Positions 61,701 to 64,000 of a stretch of DNA of 64,000 nt are shown here, one piece after another. Both the position numbers and the translations under genes were made by a program. The DNA lies in the NCBI GenBank assembly GCA_973895155.1, contig OZ316899.1, positions 15,589,974 through 15,653,973 of the forward strand. Direction: 5' to 3'. Numbering within the stretch: position 1 is the first letter of the stretch; each line of letters starts with the position of its first letter. The notes under the pieces were generated by a model. It was not told where the DNA came from, made no database searches, and saw nothing but the letters and a program-made list of their open reading frames with translations. The DNA comes from Marsupella aquatica. Lineage: Eukaryota > Plantae > Marchantiophyta.

Positions 61701-63575
61701 CCGCATGAGGACGGTGCATTCACTAATCATTGCCATCACCATTTCTCTATAGCCGTCCAGTGTGATGGGATAACCGCTCACTTTGCATTCGGTGTAACCG
61801 GGCTTGGACGCAACGAGATTCGGCCTTTTAGGCTTTTCTCCGACGAGGGAGCAGATAAGGGTCTGCCAAGAAGAAATATAGCCGAATGATGTCTCTATTA
61901 GCCTGGGTTTATCTTCCACGTACGCGAGAATTGTTCTTGCATCTTCGACAACCAGGTCATCGGCTGCTGCTCGATTCCAAAGAGTGCAACATAACTCCAT
62001 TTTGATCGCCGCTCGGCACCAGAATTTCATCATTGACAGCATTGGGGTGACAAATGTGGATTCCTTCCATGCATAACCACTGGAGAGCGCGCACGCTTTG
62101 AGCGAGGACAGGATCAAAAACTGCAAAAAACAATTGTCCATCAATTTCCGGGCTACCACCTTCGTCGGATGTGGGGGATCCACAAACCGAGCAACAGGTT
62201 GTGTAGGATAGTGTAGTCAAAGTGGTCCGGGTCTATGGGACCCTCTGGAAGGGACTCCAACTGGATCTTTAGGGCTTGGAGAAGGACCTTCAAGCGGTTG
62301 GGAGCCTTCACAACAAGGACCACATGGGAGCTTGGAGGATCACATGCAGAGAGAATTAAAGCGAACAGGAAATTTGTCATGACCGAGCAATACTTCTCTA
62401 TCATGGACTCCTTGAGGAACTCGGTGAATCCCTGTGGGGAGTCAGGGCTCACAACCAATGTCCTCACTCTAAAATCCGCCTCGACCAAGACTTTTTGCAC
62501 CAGCGTGGCATACAAGAGCACAACATCCGGGACCCGTGCATATCGGGAACCTTCCCGGTGAGCCAAACGCATCAGACCACTGATATCGTTGTATGTTGAA
62601 TTCTCTGGTATGAGTCCTGCCGCAACATTCACCCATCCAGTGGCTCACAGCCACGCGGATAGCTCTCGAGGGGGAGGATCGTTCTGTGCAGGGAGCATCA
62701 GCTCCATCTCAAGAATTGCCTTGGACAGCGTGGACTTCAGGCTTTGCTTGCTACCTCAGGCTCGGTCGGCTGGACATCGGACTGCAAAGTACTTCTTCCC
62801 GACACCTTGAACAAGACATTGAACACTACTACTATGACACATGGTCATGTCGGTAGCTTTGGGATGCACTCGTATCGGGTGATTACGCATAGTCTTCTTA
62901 CTTGCGCTGTGGTAGGTAGTGCAAAAGGGGCACGAGTAGCCTCTGCGGACAACGATATGGGAGACTAGGGAGACTAATCCTCGAATGCAATGATCCCATA
63001 TTGCATTGGGGGGTTAATTGCATCCTTGCGATGGCCTGTGACAGCTGTTGCTCATCTTGTTGGCCCCATAAGCTTCATCCCCCATTTCTACGGAGGGGCG
63101 CAAAATCCTTCCAGACATGCTTGCGAACCGTCCTCACGCTAGAACCGTCCAAGATCACATTGCAGGTAACGCACAAGAGCAATGCCATGCCCTTGTACTT
63201 CACCATAGACAAATCTGCTCGACTTAACACCTCTGGGGTGTCCACAAATTCCGAGATTGTCGCCACCCGGGGACTTTCATTACTGGGAACCGAATCACCC
63301 GAATTGCCTACTGGGACCAATGCACGACTATGGGTTGTACCTTGGATGTGTTCTCTGGCATAATGGTTCCGCAAGCGGTCCGGTCGATGGAAGCGAGACA
63401 AGCAAGAATGGTGAGGGCACGGCCAGTCACGAGCTACGGATATGCGGACTGAAGATCTCGTGCCATCGGCCTTGACGACACTGCAAATTGGCTGATGAAC
63501 TACTCTCCTATGAGCAGCTCTTTGAGAAATAGTAACAAACTCAAACCCAGGACACCCATCGCACAGGAAAGTCAT
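58740..63575 (-). pseudogene. C2H2 Zn fingers + DUF3505-like + tyrosine-recombinase-like domain + RecQ-type SF2 helicase (telomere-linked-helicase-like), frameshifted
   Basis: N-terminal CDGC..HRRVVH and CPHHSC..HYAREH. Middle HFTSGQPARAAE..YNKT..GIRPHWHII..TGHSVSTAGHNYA. Helicase motifs LPAGSEKS (I), VVVVPL (Ia), IIIDEVH (II), LTASLPP (III), VMVAT (V), YHQESGRCGPDG (VI), followed by Cys clusters. Confidence 0.8.
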
Positions 63576-63703
63576 CGTAATGTCTGCGAGAGAATGAACG
63601 GGCTAGGTATAGGGTGGCCAAAAATATCAATCAGCTCCAATTGAGCATGATAATGTCGCACCCATGACCACTTTTTCTTGGATGAGACTGAGGAGGGCGC
63701 CAA

Positions 63704-63854
63704 CTTGTCATCTGAGAGCAATGGCAGACACAACCATTCCCTTTACACCCCGACTAGCTTGTCATCCGAGAGCTATGGCAGACCAACCATAATTCCCTTC
63801 ATACCTCCGACTAGCTTGTCATTCGGGAGCTATGGCAGACTCAACCATTCCCTC
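63704..63854. repeat. Tandem repeat, 54-57-bp unit, ~2.7 copies, upstream of the helicase gene
   Basis: cttgtcat.cg.gagc.atggcagac begins at 63704, 63758 and 63815. Confidence 0.85.
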
Positions 63855-64000
63855 AGTCTATACCAAACCCTTATTTTGTTGGTCATCTCTGCTCCCCCCC
63901 CAAATCCTCTACATCCTTTCACTTATACCCTCACGGTGTACAGGCTTTACTAACTGAATACAATAGGCCCGCCAGGTACAGTAGCTTTTGATCGGCCCTC

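Noticed and set aside
58740-63575. Host RecQ gene or AcademH transposon
   Set aside because: It is intronless and frameshifted, and its N-terminal half is Zn-finger/YR-like with no Academ-type DDE transposase or TIRs seen.

Overview
Eukaryotic, transposon-dense, heterochromatin-like DNA from a land plant. TTTAGGG-type telomere motifs, GT-AG introns, Helitrons and LTR-like elements support this; a bryophyte such as a liverwort is my unverified guess. No clearly intact host gene is recognisable; nearly everything is nested mobile-element sequence. Main contents: (1) Two divergent, spliced, decayed genes fusing a ParB/Srx-like N-terminal domain to a C-terminal beta-class N4/N6 DNA methyltransferase-like domain (10268-14236 and ~22797-26078, both minus). 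The first is head-to-head with a transposase-like ORF and has 18-bp palindromes GYTAGCGA-NN-TCGCTARC in its introns and promoter (parS-like). The second lies next to an open Ulp1 SUMO-protease ORF and a different motif cluster. (2) Three 3.3-3.9 kb TG...CA elements, each with a perfect 5-bp TSD (5370-8692, 15152-18819, 27604-31546). Each carries a plant-mobile-domain-like plus coiled-coil ORF but no gag/pol or transposase, so they are giant gene-carrying solo LTRs or integrase-mobilised cassettes. Further decayed homologues occur at 35-39 kb and 53-58 kb. (3) A decayed ~4.8 kb C2H2 / tyrosine-recombinase-like / RecQ helicase gene resembling fungal telomere-linked helicases. (4) Non-autonomous Helitrons, MITEs, a short LTR, a 99-bp tandem repeat and microsatellites. 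All domain assignments are by-eye motif recognition, not database searches.
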